Origin: Burkholderiaceae bacterium
GTDB lineage: Bacteria; Pseudomonadota; Gammaproteobacteria; Burkholderiales; Burkholderiaceae_B
Length of the DNA stretch: 64,000 bases
Direction: 5' to 3'
NCBI GenBank assembly: GCA_023653055.1
Contig: JAMNXR010000008.1
Location: 4,733 to 68,732 of the forward strand
The notes beneath the pieces are model-generated. The model saw only the letters and a program-made list of their open reading frames with translations, did no database searches and had not been told where the DNA came from. The translations under genes and the position numbers were made by a program. Shown one piece after another: positions 52,074 through 62,067 of the stretch (position 1 is its first letter; every line of letters begins with the position of its first letter).

Positions 52074-52397
52074 ATGGGCGTCACACTTACTGCTCAGGCT
52101 GCCGACCATATCGGCAAATACCTACAAAAGCGCGGTAGCGGTATTGGGCTGCGCTTGGGGGTGAGAACCACTGGCTGCTCGGGTATGGCTTACAAACTCG
52201 AGTATGTTGATGAGGCCGCATCCGAGGACCAAGTGTTTGAAAGCTTTGGAGTGAAGGTTTTTATCGATCCAAAAAGCCTTTCATATTTAGAGGGCACCGA
52301 GCTTGATTACGCGCGTGAAGGTCTAAATGAAGGCTTCAAATTTCGTAATCCAAACGAAAAGGCAACCTGTGGTTGTGGTGAGTCTTTTACGGTATAA
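52074..52397 (+). CDS. iscA: Fe-S cluster insertion protein IscA (A-type carrier)
   Basis: 107 aa with the C-terminal CGCGESF motif. Confidence 0.9.
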   Translation: MGVTLTAQAADHIGKYLQKRGSGIGLRLGVRTTGCSGMAYKLEYVDEAASEDQVFESFGVKVFIDPKSLSYLEGTELDYAREGLNEGFKFRNPNEKATCGCGESFTV

Positions 52398-52402
52398 ATC
52401 TT

Positions 52403-52948
52403 TTGGACGCTACACAGTCAAGCCCGTTCTCTACGCAGGATCATTTCAGCCTGTTGGGCTTGTCGCGTGTTTTTAATATTGACCCGCAAGTCATAGAGTC
52501 AGCTTGGAAAAGGGTGGCACTCGCAGTTCACCCAGATCGTTTTGCGACACATTCTGCTGCAGAGAAAAGAGTCGCGATGCAGTGGAGCTCTCAAGCAAAT
52601 GAAGCGTATCGGATTTTGAAAGACCCGATGTCTCGCGCACGTTATCTCTGTGAGCTTTCCGGTATCGATCTTCAAACTGAAACCAACACCGCGATGTCGC
52701 CCGATTTTTTGTTCCGTCAGATGTCTTGGCATGAGCAGCTCGATGAAGTACTCGAGCAAAGGGGTGATCCGGACTTGCGTCTCTCATTGCGACAAAGCCT
52801 AAATGATGCACTCACTGAAGCGGAGCGAGAAATCAAAACCTCGGTGGGTGAGCACCTTGAACAAGAACGCTATGATCTAGCCGCAGCGCGGGTGCGTGAG
52901 TGGATGTTTTTAAATAAGCTGATTGCGCAATGTCGCGCAATCGATTAG
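52403..52948 (+). CDS. hscB: Co-chaperone HscB (J-type)
   Basis: DHFSLLGLSRVFNID...VHPDRF is a J-domain with the HPD motif. TTG start (no in-frame ATG nearby). Confidence 0.85.
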   Translation: MDATQSSPFSTQDHFSLLGLSRVFNIDPQVIESAWKRVALAVHPDRFATHSAAEKRVAMQWSSQANEAYRILKDPMSRARYLCELSGIDLQTETNTAMSPDFLFRQMSWHEQLDEVLEQRGDPDLRLSLRQSLNDALTEAEREIKTSVGEHLEQERYDLAAARVREWMFLNKLIAQCRAID

Positions 52949-52995
52949 GCCTTGCGGTCTTGACGCGGCACTGCGTGCACAACTGAATCAAACAT

Positions 52996-54849
52996 ATGGC
53001 TTTATTGCAAATTTCTGAGCCTGGCGAGTCTCCTGCTCCACACCAGCGTCGCTTGGCTGTCGGCATTGATCTCGGCACCACACATTCTTTAGTCGCAGCT
53101 GTTCGTAGCAGCGTGCCAGAAGTCCTGTTTGATGCAGGACGACCGCTGATTCCTTCGGCGGTCTATGTAGAGGAGGGTGGGCAAGCATATGTCGGTGCTG
53201 AGGCGATCGCCAAGCAAGCCGAGTTTCCTCTCGATACGCTTGTGTCAATCAAGCGTTTGATGGGGCGGTCTTATCAGGAAGCACTCAGCTCGGGCATGCC
53301 TTACCATTTTGTCGAAGATGGCCAAAATCTAAGCATTCAAACTCAGCATGCTCGTCTATCTCCCGTCGAGGTCGCTGCAAAAATATTGGAAAAACTGAAG
53401 TTGTTGGCGGAGGGCACCTTAGGCGACGCTTTGGTTGGTGCAGTCATTACAGTTCCAGCTTATTTTGACGATGCGCAGCGTCAAGCCACGCGAGATGCCG
53501 CACGTTTAGCGGGTTTAAATGTATTGCGTTTGTTGAATGAGCCGACGGCCGCAGCGATCGCCTATGGCCTGGATCACGGGTCTGAGGGTGTTTATGCTGT
53601 CTTTGACTTAGGTGGTGGGACGTTTGACGTTTCGCTGTTGAGATTGACGCGTGGCGTGTTTGAGGTTGTTGCAACAGGGGGTGACACGCGACTAGGTGGT
53701 GATGATTTTGATGTCCTGATCGTGGATGACTTTATCCTGAAGCATGGGATAACTGCTGTTAGCCTTCATTCACGTCGAGTTTTGCTGACGGCAGCTCGCC
53801 GCTTGCGTGAAAGTTTGACTGAGCATACTCAGCATTCAGAGCCCGTCCTTTTAGAGGGGCAGTCTTATGCCCTTGAACTCACGCGCGAAGCGTTCGAGCG
53901 TTTGGCCGCACCACTGGTTGCCCGAACGATATCCTGTGCACAACAAGCGCTCAAGGATGCATCGCTTATGACGCAGGATATCAAGGGTGTCGTGATGGTG
54001 GGGGGTGCGACTCGCATGCCCGTCGTGCGTAAAAGTGTCGGTGAAGCATTCGGGACCGAGCCTTTGACTGATTTAGATCCTGATCAGGTCGTGGCGCTTG
54101 GTGCTGCACTTCAAGCGAATTTATTAGCTGGCAATCGCAATCCAGGTGAAGACTGGTTGCTTCTTGATGTCACACCTTTGACGCTCGGCCTGGAAACGAT
54201 GGGTGGTTTAGTCGAGCATATCATTCCGCGTAACAGCACGATTCCCGTTGCAAGGGCGCAAGAATTTACGACCTTTAAAGACGGTCAAACTGCTTTGGCG
54301 GTCCATGTGGTTCAAGGAGAGCGCGACTTGGTGTCGGATTGCCGATCATTGGCGCGCTTTGAGTTAAGAGGCATTCCCGCAATGGTCGCGGGTGCGGCGC
54401 GTATACGGGTCACATTTCAAGTGGATGCAGACGGTTTGCTGAGTGTTTCAGCACGCGAGTTGGGTTCTGGTGTGGAGTCCTCTGTTACGGTCAAGCCATC
54501 TTTCGGCTTGAGTGACGATGAGGTTTCTCGTATGCTCTCAGAAGGGATGTCAAAAGCTGACTACGATGCCCAAATGCGGATGTTGCGTGAGCAGCAAGTC
54601 GACGCGAAACAACTCATTGAGTCTGTTTTGGCTGCGCTTGCAGCCGACTCCGATCTTTTAAGTGCCGCTGAGCAAACGCGCATTTCCCAACAACTCCACA
54701 TGACAAGCGAGGCTGCGTCCGGTGACGATGTCGATGCGATTCGAACTGCGGTCAAAGCACTCTCCTCAGTGACGGATGACTTCGCTGCTCGCCGCATGGA
54801 TCGAAGCATACGTGCAGCGTTGACAGGTCGATCGCTCGAAGATTTATAG
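52996..54849 (+). CDS. hscA: Fe-S protein assembly chaperone HscA (Hsp70 family)
   Basis: 617 aa, [14 protein letters not shown]...[19 protein letters not shown]...[10 protein letters not shown]. Confidence 0.95.
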   Translation: MALLQISEPGESPAPHQRRLAVGIDLGTTHSLVAAVRSSVPEVLFDAGRPLIPSAVYVEEGGQAYVGAEAIAKQAEFPLDTLVSIKRLMGRSYQEALSSGMPYHFVEDGQNLSIQTQHARLSPVEVAAKILEKLKLLAEGTLGDALVGAVITVPAYFDDAQRQATRDAARLAGLNVLRLLNEPTAAAIAYGLDHGSEGVYAVFDLGGGTFDVSLLRLTRGVFEVVATGGDTRLGGDDFDVLIVDDFILKHGITAVSLHSRRVLLTAARRLRESLTEHTQHSEPVLLEGQSYALELTREAFERLAAPLVARTISCAQQALKDASLMTQDIKGVVMVGGATRMPVVRKSVGEAFGTEPLTDLDPDQVVALGAALQANLLAGNRNPGEDWLLLDVTPLTLGLETMGGLVEHIIPRNSTIPVARAQEFTTFKDGQTALAVHVVQGERDLVSDCRSLARFELRGIPAMVAGAARIRVTFQVDADGLLSVSARELGSGVESSVTVKPSFGLSDDEVSRMLSEGMSKADYDAQMRMLREQQVDAKQLIESVLAALAADSDLLSAAEQTRISQQLHMTSEAASGDDVDAIRTAVKALSSVTDDFAARRMDRSIRAALTGRSLEDL

Positions 54850-54856
54850 GATTTTT

Positions 54857-55198
54857 ATGCCGAAAATTACCGTTCTACCTCACCCTGATGTGTGTCCGTT
54901 GGGCAAAGTCATTGAAAATGCCCCTATGGGTGAATCAATTTGTCGCATCTTGCTAGACAATCATGTCGAACTTGAGCATGCATGCGAACTTTCCTGTGCT
55001 TGCACGACTTGTCATGTTGTCGTCAAAGAGGGCTTTCAATCGCTCGCTGAAGCGACAGACTCAGAAGAAGATCTCCTTGATCGCGCTTGGGGCCTTTCTA
55101 CCACCTCAAGGCTAGCGTGTCAGGCACGCGTGGCTGACAAAGACTTAACCATAGAAATTCCGCGCTACACCATCAATCACGCCAAAGAAAATCACTGA
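54857..55198 (+). CDS. fdx: ISC-system [2Fe-2S] ferredoxin
   Basis: 113 aa, MPKITVLPH...CELSCACTTCHV...SRLACQ cysteine pattern. Confidence 0.9.
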   Translation: MPKITVLPHPDVCPLGKVIENAPMGESICRILLDNHVELEHACELSCACTTCHVVVKEGFQSLAEATDSEEDLLDRAWGLSTTSRLACQARVADKDLTIEIPRYTINHAKENH

Positions 55199-55256
55199 TA
55201 CGTTCAGGCGGCAATCGTGTAAAGTATCTTCCATATTAATAACAGTGGAGATATAC

Positions 55257-56051
55257 ATGCGTGCCAACCCCCTTCGTCAGAAAATCGCTGCAGGCCAACC
55301 CGTCATCAATGGTTGGCTAGCTATTCCATCTTCCTACTCTGCAGAAATCATTGGCCATCAGGGTTTTGATGCTGTGACGGTAGATTTGCAGCACGGCATG
55401 ATTGGGATTGATGCCGCGCTTCCAATGTTTCAGGCTTTATCTTCCACGCCAGCCATTCCCCTCGCGCGCGTGCCTTGGAATGATCCCGCTCAGATCATGC
55501 GCTTGCTCGATAGTGGCGCCTATGGCATTATTTGCCCAATGATCTCTACCGTCGATGATACCGTCAGCTTTGTTTCATCCTGCCGATATCCTCCCCATGG
55601 ACAACGTTCTTTTGGTCCTGCAAGAGCCTTGTTGTACGGTGGTGCGGATTACTACCCGCATGCGGACAAAGAGATTTTGGCATTGGGCATGATTGAAACG
55701 CAAGCTGGCTTGGATAATCTAGAGAAAATTCTTGCCATTGAAGGATTGGATGGGATTTATATTGGCCCTAATGATCTTGCGCTTGCACTAGGTTCGGTGC
55801 CAAAGTCTGAGTCGGACGATCCAGTCGTCATGAAAGCCATTGAGCATATTCGTCAACGTGCAATTGCACACGGCAAGATAGCTGGTATTTTTTGCTCCTC
55901 TGGTGAAGCCGCTGCGATGCGCATCAAGCAAGGTTTTCAGATGGTGACACCTGGAAATGAAGCTGCTCTGATGGCTAATGCTGCTAAAGCTGCTGTCGCG
56001 ACTGCTCGGGGTGCACAGGCTTCTTCCAGCCCTTCAAAAACAGGTTATTGA
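55257..56051 (+). CDS. HpcH/HpaI-family 2-keto-3-deoxy-acid aldolase
   Basis: ...NGWLAIPSSYSAEI...DLQHG...PLARVPWND...YPPHGQRS...IETQAGLDNL...IGPNDL. GGAG SD lies 6 nt before the ATG at 55257; the ORF-track GTG at 55245 is less likely. Confidence 0.8.
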   Translation: MRANPLRQKIAAGQPVINGWLAIPSSYSAEIIGHQGFDAVTVDLQHGMIGIDAALPMFQALSSTPAIPLARVPWNDPAQIMRLLDSGAYGIICPMISTVDDTVSFVSSCRYPPHGQRSFGPARALLYGGADYYPHADKEILALGMIETQAGLDNLEKILAIEGLDGIYIGPNDLALALGSVPKSESDDPVVMKAIEHIRQRAIAHGKIAGIFCSSGEAAAMRIKQGFQMVTPGNEAALMANAAKAAVATARGAQASSSPSKTGY

Positions 56052-56069
56052 TTTTAGGGTGGACACGCG

Positions 56070-56846
56070 ATGTTGCGTTTTTCGGTAAATTTAGGATTTC
56101 TCTGGGCGCAACTGCCTTTGCTTGAGCGTATTGAGCGGGCGGCTGCGAGTGGCTTTCGGGCCATCGAGTTGCATTGGCCTTATGACACTTCAGCTGAGGC
56201 GGTCAGGCAGGCCTGTGCTCGCCACGATATCACCTTGCTCGCTGCGAATGCACCCATTGGGGACGCGCGTGTTGGAGAGTCTGGTTTAGCCGCCTTGCCA
56301 GGTAGAGAGCAAGATTTCCAACAGTCTTTTGAAATGTCGCTCGCCTGGTGTGTCGCTGCTGGAGCCTCTGCCATACATGTGCTTCCAGGGGTCATCCCTC
56401 CACAACAACATTTGATTGCTTCGAACACGTTGGTCAACAACCTCCAGTGGGCCGCAGATCTTGCTGCAAAGCATGGTGTGACTATTCTGCTCGAGGCAAT
56501 TAATCAGCGTGATAAACCAGGATATTTTTATTCAACGCAGGCTGAGTCAAACGCTATTCGCGAAAAGTGTGGACGGACAAATATCAAGTTGATGTTTGAT
56601 GTCTATCATGTTGGTGTAGCAGAGGGAGACATTTTGACCAAACTTGCGCATTATTATCCGCACATTGGTCACATACAAATTGCCGCTGTTCCAAGTCGCG
56701 CCGAGCCTGATGAGGGCGAGATTGCTTATGCTGCGATATTTGAGCGCATTGAATCGCTAGGTTATGCGGGGTGGATCGGGTGTGAGTACAAACCACGCGC
56801 CAGCGTTGAAGCTGGTTTGGCGTGGTTGACACCTTATCAAGCCTAA
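56070..56846 (+). CDS. Hydroxypyruvate isomerase family protein (xylose-isomerase-like TIM barrel; Hyi/OtnI-like)
   Basis: MLRFSVNLGFLW...GFRAIELHWPYD...LLEAINQRD.PGYF...DVYH...IGHIQIA...EPDEGEI...GWIGCEYKP. Confidence 0.8.
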   Translation: MLRFSVNLGFLWAQLPLLERIERAAASGFRAIELHWPYDTSAEAVRQACARHDITLLAANAPIGDARVGESGLAALPGREQDFQQSFEMSLAWCVAAGASAIHVLPGVIPPQQHLIASNTLVNNLQWAADLAAKHGVTILLEAINQRDKPGYFYSTQAESNAIREKCGRTNIKLMFDVYHVGVAEGDILTKLAHYYPHIGHIQIAAVPSRAEPDEGEIAYAAIFERIESLGYAGWIGCEYKPRASVEAGLAWLTPYQA

Positions 56847-56848
56847 AC

Positions 56849-58363
56849 TTAGTCTTCTTTTCTTAGATGCGGAAACAGAATGACGTCTCGGATGCTAGGG
56901 CTGTCAGTCAACAGCATCACTAAGCGATCAATCCCAATGCCGCAACCGCCAGTCGGGGGCATGCCGTATTCGAGTGCACGAATATAGTCCGCATCGTAAA
57001 ACATGGCTTCTTCGTCTCCAGCATCTTTGGCCGCAACCTGAGCATGAAAACGCGCAGCTTGATCTTCAGGATCGTTAAGCTCTGAAAATCCATTGGCGAT
57101 TTCTCGACCCGTCATAAACAATTCGAAACGCTCCGTAATGCCTGGGCGGGTGTCTGACTCACGAGCAAGTGGCGAGACTTCGATTGGGTAGTCGATTATA
57201 TAAGTCGGATGCCACAGCTGAGACTCGGCAGTTTCCTCAAACAACGCTAGCTGCAAAGCGCCTAAACCAGCAAGTGCCAAGTTTGGCGCATTGACATCGA
57301 CACCACGCTTTTTGAGTTGATTTTTAACAAAATCAATATCTGTCAGCTGTGCTTCAGTAAATTCTGGCACATGCTGGAGTATCGCCTCGACAATGGTGAG
57401 GCGGTGAAAGGGTTTGGACAAATCGAGTTCGCGACCTTGATACATCAGTGTTGCTGTTCCGCAGGCTTTGATGGCTGCTGTACGAATAATTTGCTCAGTA
57501 AAGTCCATCAACCATTGGTAGTCTGTGTAAGCGGCGTAAAACTCCATCATTGTGAATTCAGGGTTATGACGCGGGCTCACCCCTTCATTACGAAAGTTTC
57601 GATTGATCTCAAACACTCTTTCAAATCCACCGACGATCAAGCGCTTGAGATAGAGCTCGGGCGCGATGCGCAGAAACATTTCCATGTCGAGCGCGTTGTG
57701 GTGCGTCACAAAAGGTTTGGCGGCCGCACCGCCCGGAATGCCATGCAGCATAGGCGTTTCAACCTCGAGAAACCCAGCATCGATCATTGTTTGACGAATA
57801 GCGCTGATGGCTTGGCTGCGTGCCAAAAATGTCTCGCGCGTTTGTTCGGTCATGATCAGATCGACATAACGTTGGCGATAACGTAATTCTTGGTCAGAGA
57901 CGCCGTGAAACTTGTCGGGCAGCGGTCGTAAAGACTTTGCCAAGACACGCGCTTGCGTTGCATGTATCGACAATTCACCTTTATTCGTCTTAAACAGATG
58001 ACCTTTTATTGCAATGATGTCACCAATGTCCCACGTCTTAAATGCATCGTAAATATCTTCGCCCAGACTCGTGCGTTCAAGGTAGATTTGAATGCGTCCC
58101 GTACTGTCCTGTAACGTGGCAAAGCTCGCCTTACCCATGACGCGCTTAAGCATCATGCGTCCTGCCACGGTGACAGGATGAGCGGTTGCTGCGAGCTTAG
58201 CCTGATCTTGCTCTCCAAAGCTTGCATGCAACGCATCAGCTCGGTCTGCAGGAACAAAGTCGTTAGGAAAAGCGACCCCTTGGGCACGTAAGCCGGCTAA
58301 CTTAGTCCGACGCTCGGCAATCAGGTGGTTTTCATCGTACTGGGGAGTGTGGGTGTCGGTCAT
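56849..58363 (-). CDS. lysS: Lysine-tRNA ligase (class II)
   Basis: 504 aa, ...[19 protein letters not shown]...FLEVETPML...FRNEG...[13 protein letters not shown]. Confidence 0.95.
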   Translation of the reverse strand: MTDTHTPQYDENHLIAERRTKLAGLRAQGVAFPNDFVPADRADALHASFGEQDQAKLAATAHPVTVAGRMMLKRVMGKASFATLQDSTGRIQIYLERTSLGEDIYDAFKTWDIGDIIAIKGHLFKTNKGELSIHATQARVLAKSLRPLPDKFHGVSDQELRYRQRYVDLIMTEQTRETFLARSQAISAIRQTMIDAGFLEVETPMLHGIPGGAAAKPFVTHHNALDMEMFLRIAPELYLKRLIVGGFERVFEINRNFRNEGVSPRHNPEFTMMEFYAAYTDYQWLMDFTEQIIRTAAIKACGTATLMYQGRELDLSKPFHRLTIVEAILQHVPEFTEAQLTDIDFVKNQLKKRGVDVNAPNLALAGLGALQLALFEETAESQLWHPTYIIDYPIEVSPLARESDTRPGITERFELFMTGREIANGFSELNDPEDQAARFHAQVAAKDAGDEEAMFYDADYIRALEYGMPPTGGCGIGIDRLVMLLTDSPSIRDVILFPHLRKED

Positions 58364-58365
58364 AA

Positions 58366-59112
58366 TCAGGCTTGATGTTGACGAATATCGTCGATGGTTT
58401 GAGTGCCAAAGGCTTCACTCTCGAGAACCTTTAGAAGACGTTGAGCAACAGCTGCTGGATCTGCAAGCTGTTTGTTCTCTTTAAATCCAATAAAACGTTC
58501 CAGTGACGGTAAATCGTCCTTGGAAGTTGCACGAATAGTTTCTTGCATTGGTGTATCAATGACGCCTGGCGCCATCGATACGATGCGGGCACGTGAGCCT
58601 TGGTCCAGTTGTGCGGCTTCAGCATAGCGATCCATTGCAGCTTTTGTCGCGCAATACACCGCCCATCCAGAGCTCACATTTCTGCCTGCACCTGAGGAGA
58701 TCAACATGACACGACGATCTGTGGCCTGTGGCGTATGGCTCAACACATGGGCAGTCAGAAAGATTGCAGAGGTGATATTGACATGGAAGGCATCGTTGAT
58801 GGCTTCAAGGTTCATCAAATCCTGTGATTGGGCAATGGGCGTGACGACGCCAGCATTGTGAATCAGGCGAACATGTGAATGGCGATTGAGCAAAGGAATG
58901 AGTTGCGATGCCGCACGTTTGACCGCTGGGGTACTGGCCAGATCAACATCGATTTGCGTGAGGTTGGTCCCATTGACTGATGCGATCTCAGCCAAAGCTG
59001 AAGAGGATTTGCGTGAGAGTGTCACAAGAGATCCACCGCTTGCGGCAAGTTGCGCTGCCATCGCAGCGCCTAAGCCTCGCGTTGTCCCGGTCAAAATAGT
59101 CAACGTTGTCAT
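58366..59112 (-). CDS. SDR-family oxidoreductase of unknown substrate (sepiapterin-reductase-like architecture)
   Basis: 248 aa, LTGTTRGLG cofactor motif and YCATKAAMD catalytic YxxxK. It starts 3 nt after the prfB stop and stops 2 nt before the lysS start. Confidence 0.75.
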   Translation of the reverse strand: MTTLTILTGTTRGLGAAMAAQLAASGGSLVTLSRKSSSALAEIASVNGTNLTQIDVDLASTPAVKRAASQLIPLLNRHSHVRLIHNAGVVTPIAQSQDLMNLEAINDAFHVNITSAIFLTAHVLSHTPQATDRRVMLISSGAGRNVSSGWAVYCATKAAMDRYAEAAQLDQGSRARIVSMAPGVIDTPMQETIRATSKDDLPSLERFIGFKENKQLADPAAVAQRLLKVLESEAFGTQTIDDIRQHQA

Positions 59113-59115
59113 TAC

Positions 59116-60220
59116 CTACACTCCTTGCTTCAGGCTGGCCTGAATAAATGGATCCAGATCGCCATCAAGCACTTTTTGTGTGTTGGAGATTTCGACATTG
59201 GTACGTAAATCTTTGATGCGACTCTGATCCAGCACATAAGAACGAATCTGGTGACCCCAACCGACATCGGTTTTAGCGTCTTCCATTTTTTGTTGTTCAG
59301 CCATACGGTTTCGCATTTCAAGTTCAAATAATCGCGACTTCAACATTTGCATGGCTTCGGCACGGTTGCGGTGCTGTGAACGATCGTTTTGGCATTGCAC
59401 AACGATATTGGTCGGGATGTGTGTAATACGCACCGCTGAGTCTGTCTTATTAATATGCTGGCCGCCCGCACCGCTTGCACGATAGGTATCCACGCGCAGA
59501 TCTGCGGGGTTGATATCGATTTCAATTGAGTCATCGACTTCGGGATAGACAAAGACGCTTGCAAAGGAGGTATGACGGCCTCCAGAAGAGTCAAACGGAC
59601 TCTTGCGGACTAACCGATGCACTCCGCTCTCCGTACGAAGAAATCCGAATGCATATTCACCTTCGATCTTGATCGTGGCTGACTTGATCCCTGCAACTTC
59701 GCCTTCAGACTCCTCGAGAAGTTCAGCTTTAAAACCCTTGCGTTCAGCGTAGCGAAGATATTGACGCAAGAGGATCGATGCCCAGTCCTGTGCTTCAGTA
59801 CCGCCGGCACCCGCCTGGATATCAAGAAAACAATTGAGCGGGTCTGCAGGGTTTGAAAACATCCGCCTAAATTCCATGCCCTCAAGGGTCGCTTGGAATT
59901 GCTCAGCATCGGTTTCAATTGCGATTAAGGTGGCATCATCGTTATCTGCGGCGGCCATTTCAAACAGTTCGCAGGAGTCTGCAATAGACTGGGCCAACTT
60001 CGTCAGTGTTGCAACGACATCTTCGATACTTTTTTTCTCCCGTCCAAGGTCCTGAGCGCGCTTAGGGTCATTCCAGACATTGGGGTCTTCGAGTTCAGCA
60101 TTCACGACATGCAGTCGTTCGGCTTTCACTTCGTAGTCAAAGATACCCCCGAAGTGCTGCCTCACGCGCGGCGTAGTCTAAAAGGCGTGAAGAAATTTGA
60201 TTTTGACGTTCAGCGTCCAT
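59116..60220 (-). CDS. prfB: Peptide chain release factor 2, expressed via programmed +1 ribosomal frameshift
   Basis: Frame 0 from the ATG at 60220 reads [27 protein letters not shown], then TGA (60145..60143). The +1 frame continues DYEVKAERL... to the stop at 59116 and contains the SPF and GGQ motifs. The joined product is about 367 aa. Confidence 0.9.
60142..60157 (-). other. RF2 autoregulatory frameshift cassette
   Basis: The minus strand reads CGG GGG TAT CTT TGA C: an internal SD-like GGGGG, a slippery CUU, and an in-frame UGA followed by C. Confidence 0.9.
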
Positions 60221-60309
60221 GTGTTTTGGTTTCCGCGATATATATGGGTGTAACTCTGTAGTTTAACGGAGTCTCACCCATGCCTGAGTCCAAAACCGCT
60301 TGATATGAA

Positions 60310-62067
60310 TCAGGCGGCTTCGGCATGCTCCACAATGAGTTGGACAGAAATCACCCCATTCCAGACGTTTTGATCCAGTCGGTAAGCCATTTTGATAAAT
60401 TCTGGGACCCTGTCTGTGTGATTGAACCAGATTGCATCAAACCTTTGGTGACCGCGCTGAACAGAAAGTTTCAGATGCTTTTCACCCACCAGTTTTTGGC
60501 TCTGAACCTTAAACGTATCCAGAAAGAGGGGCGCCGCAAAGCCTGCGCCCCAAACCTGTTGCTCCAAAATATTGGCGACTTGAGCGTTTGCATAGCCTTC
60601 TTCAAGTGATCCGTCCGTCTCGATCACGGGTTCAAAACTTGTTCTTCCTGTGAGCTCGATGACGGCAAGATCAAAGGCAGGTGCAAACCGATCGAAATCA
60701 TCCTTACCGAGCGTCAGGCCCGCCGCCATCGCGTGCCCGCCAAATTTACGAATCAGCCCAGGGTGTCTTTTAGAAACAAGATCCAATACATCGCGCAAGT
60801 GCACATCTGGAATGGAGCGACCGGAACCGCGTAACTCTTCATCACCCGCTGGGGCAAAGGCAAGTGTGGGACGGAAAAATTTTTCTTTTAAGCGCGATGC
60901 AACAAGACCGACAACGCCTTGATGCCACTCAGGATGAAAAACACAAACCGAAGCGCCTAGTTTGCCTGCCTGCACTGACTCGGTCGCTTCAAGAGCCTGT
61001 TCCTTCATCACATTCTCGATTTGCCTGCGCTCACGATTGATGGTGTCGAGTTCACGCGCCAATTCGAGCGCTTGCATCTCGTCGTTGGTAATAAGACACC
61101 TAATGCCGAGGCCCATATCGGCCAGACGTCCTGCAGCATTGATACGAGGCCCTAAGGCAAAACCCAGATCAAAAGCGCTAGCGGCTTGTGGATCTCTCGC
61201 CGCGACGGCAAACAGCGCCCGGATACCGGGTTGCATCAAGCCTCGCCGCATGCGCTCCAGGCCACGTGTGACAAGTAACCGATTGTTAGCGTCTAATTTG
61301 ACGACATCGGCTACCGTACCAAGTGCCACTAAATCCGCCAGGGCGTCAAGGCGAGGTCCACCATTTGCGGGGAACTGTCCTCGCCGTCTCAGCTCGGCAC
61401 GCAACGCGAGCATGAGATAAAAAATTACGCCTACGCCAGCAAGATTTTTAGAAGGAAAATCACAACCGTGCTGATTTGGATTGACGATGGCAAGGGCTTG
61501 CGGTAACTGGTCCCCAGGAAGATGGTGATCTGTCACGATCACGCCGATGCCCGCCGCGTTGGCCGCAGCCACGCCATCAACACTTGCAATGCCATTGTCC
61601 ACCGTGATGAGCAGGTCAGGTCGGCCAGAGGGGTGTTGGCAGGCCAACTCTACCACCGCAGGAGAAAGTCCATACCCTGTTTCGAAGCGATTGGGCACTA
61701 AAAAATCGACGATTGCACCCATTTCAGTCAGGGCCCGCATGCCAACCGCGCAGGCCGTTGCGCCATCACAGTCGTAATCCGCCACAATAAGCATGCGTTT
61801 GCCATCAGCGATCGCGTCGGCCAATAGCTCGGCAGCATGCTCAGCTTGGGTGAGGGTGTTGGGTGCAAGCATCGCCGGCCAATCTAGTTGCACATCCTCT
61901 TGACGTACAACACCTCTAGCAGACCAGAGTCGAGCGAGAAGAGGATGAATGCCAGCAGCTTGCAGACGCGTGCTTGTATCAGGGTCTGGCTTGCGTACAG
62001 TTAGTTTTGGCGTATCCACCAGGTCGTCCAGTTTTGTGTGCGGCGGGGCACGAGGCGCTGCCACCAT
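60310..62067 (-). CDS. recJ: Single-stranded-DNA-specific exonuclease RecJ
   Basis: DHH motifs (IVADYDCDGAT, VTDHH) and DHHA1 (GGHAMAAG). The start is uncertain (ATG at 62067, or GTG at 62019); either one overlaps the upstream hypothetical gene. Confidence 0.9.
   Translation of the reverse strand: MVAAPRAPPHTKLDDLVDTPKLTVRKPDPDTSTRLQAAGIHPLLARLWSARGVVRQEDVQLDWPAMLAPNTLTQAEHAAELLADAIADGKRMLIVADYDCDGATACAVGMRALTEMGAIVDFLVPNRFETGYGLSPAVVELACQHPSGRPDLLITVDNGIASVDGVAAANAAGIGVIVTDHHLPGDQLPQALAIVNPNQHGCDFPSKNLAGVGVIFYLMLALRAELRRRGQFPANGGPRLDALADLVALGTVADVVKLDANNRLLVTRGLERMRRGLMQPGIRALFAVAARDPQAASAFDLGFALGPRINAAGRLADMGLGIRCLITNDEMQALELARELDTINRERRQIENVMKEQALEATESVQAGKLGASVCVFHPEWHQGVVGLVASRLKEKFFRPTLAFAPAGDEELRGSGRSIPDVHLRDVLDLVSKRHPGLIRKFGGHAMAAGLTLGKDDFDRFAPAFDLAVIELTGRTSFEPVIETDGSLEEGYANAQVANILEQQVWGAGFAAPLFLDTFKVQSQKLVGEKHLKLSVQRGHQRFDAIWFNHTDRVPEFIKMAYRLDQNVWNGVISVQLIVEHAEAA

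Noticed and set aside
57317-57886. 189-aa plus-strand ORF
   Set aside because: It is antisense to the strongly supported lysS gene and shows no recognisable motifs. It is a typical shadow ORF.
60962-61420. 152-aa plus-strand ORF rich in Arg, Ser and Ala
   Set aside because: It is antisense to recJ. Its composition is typical of the reverse frame of a GC-biased gene.
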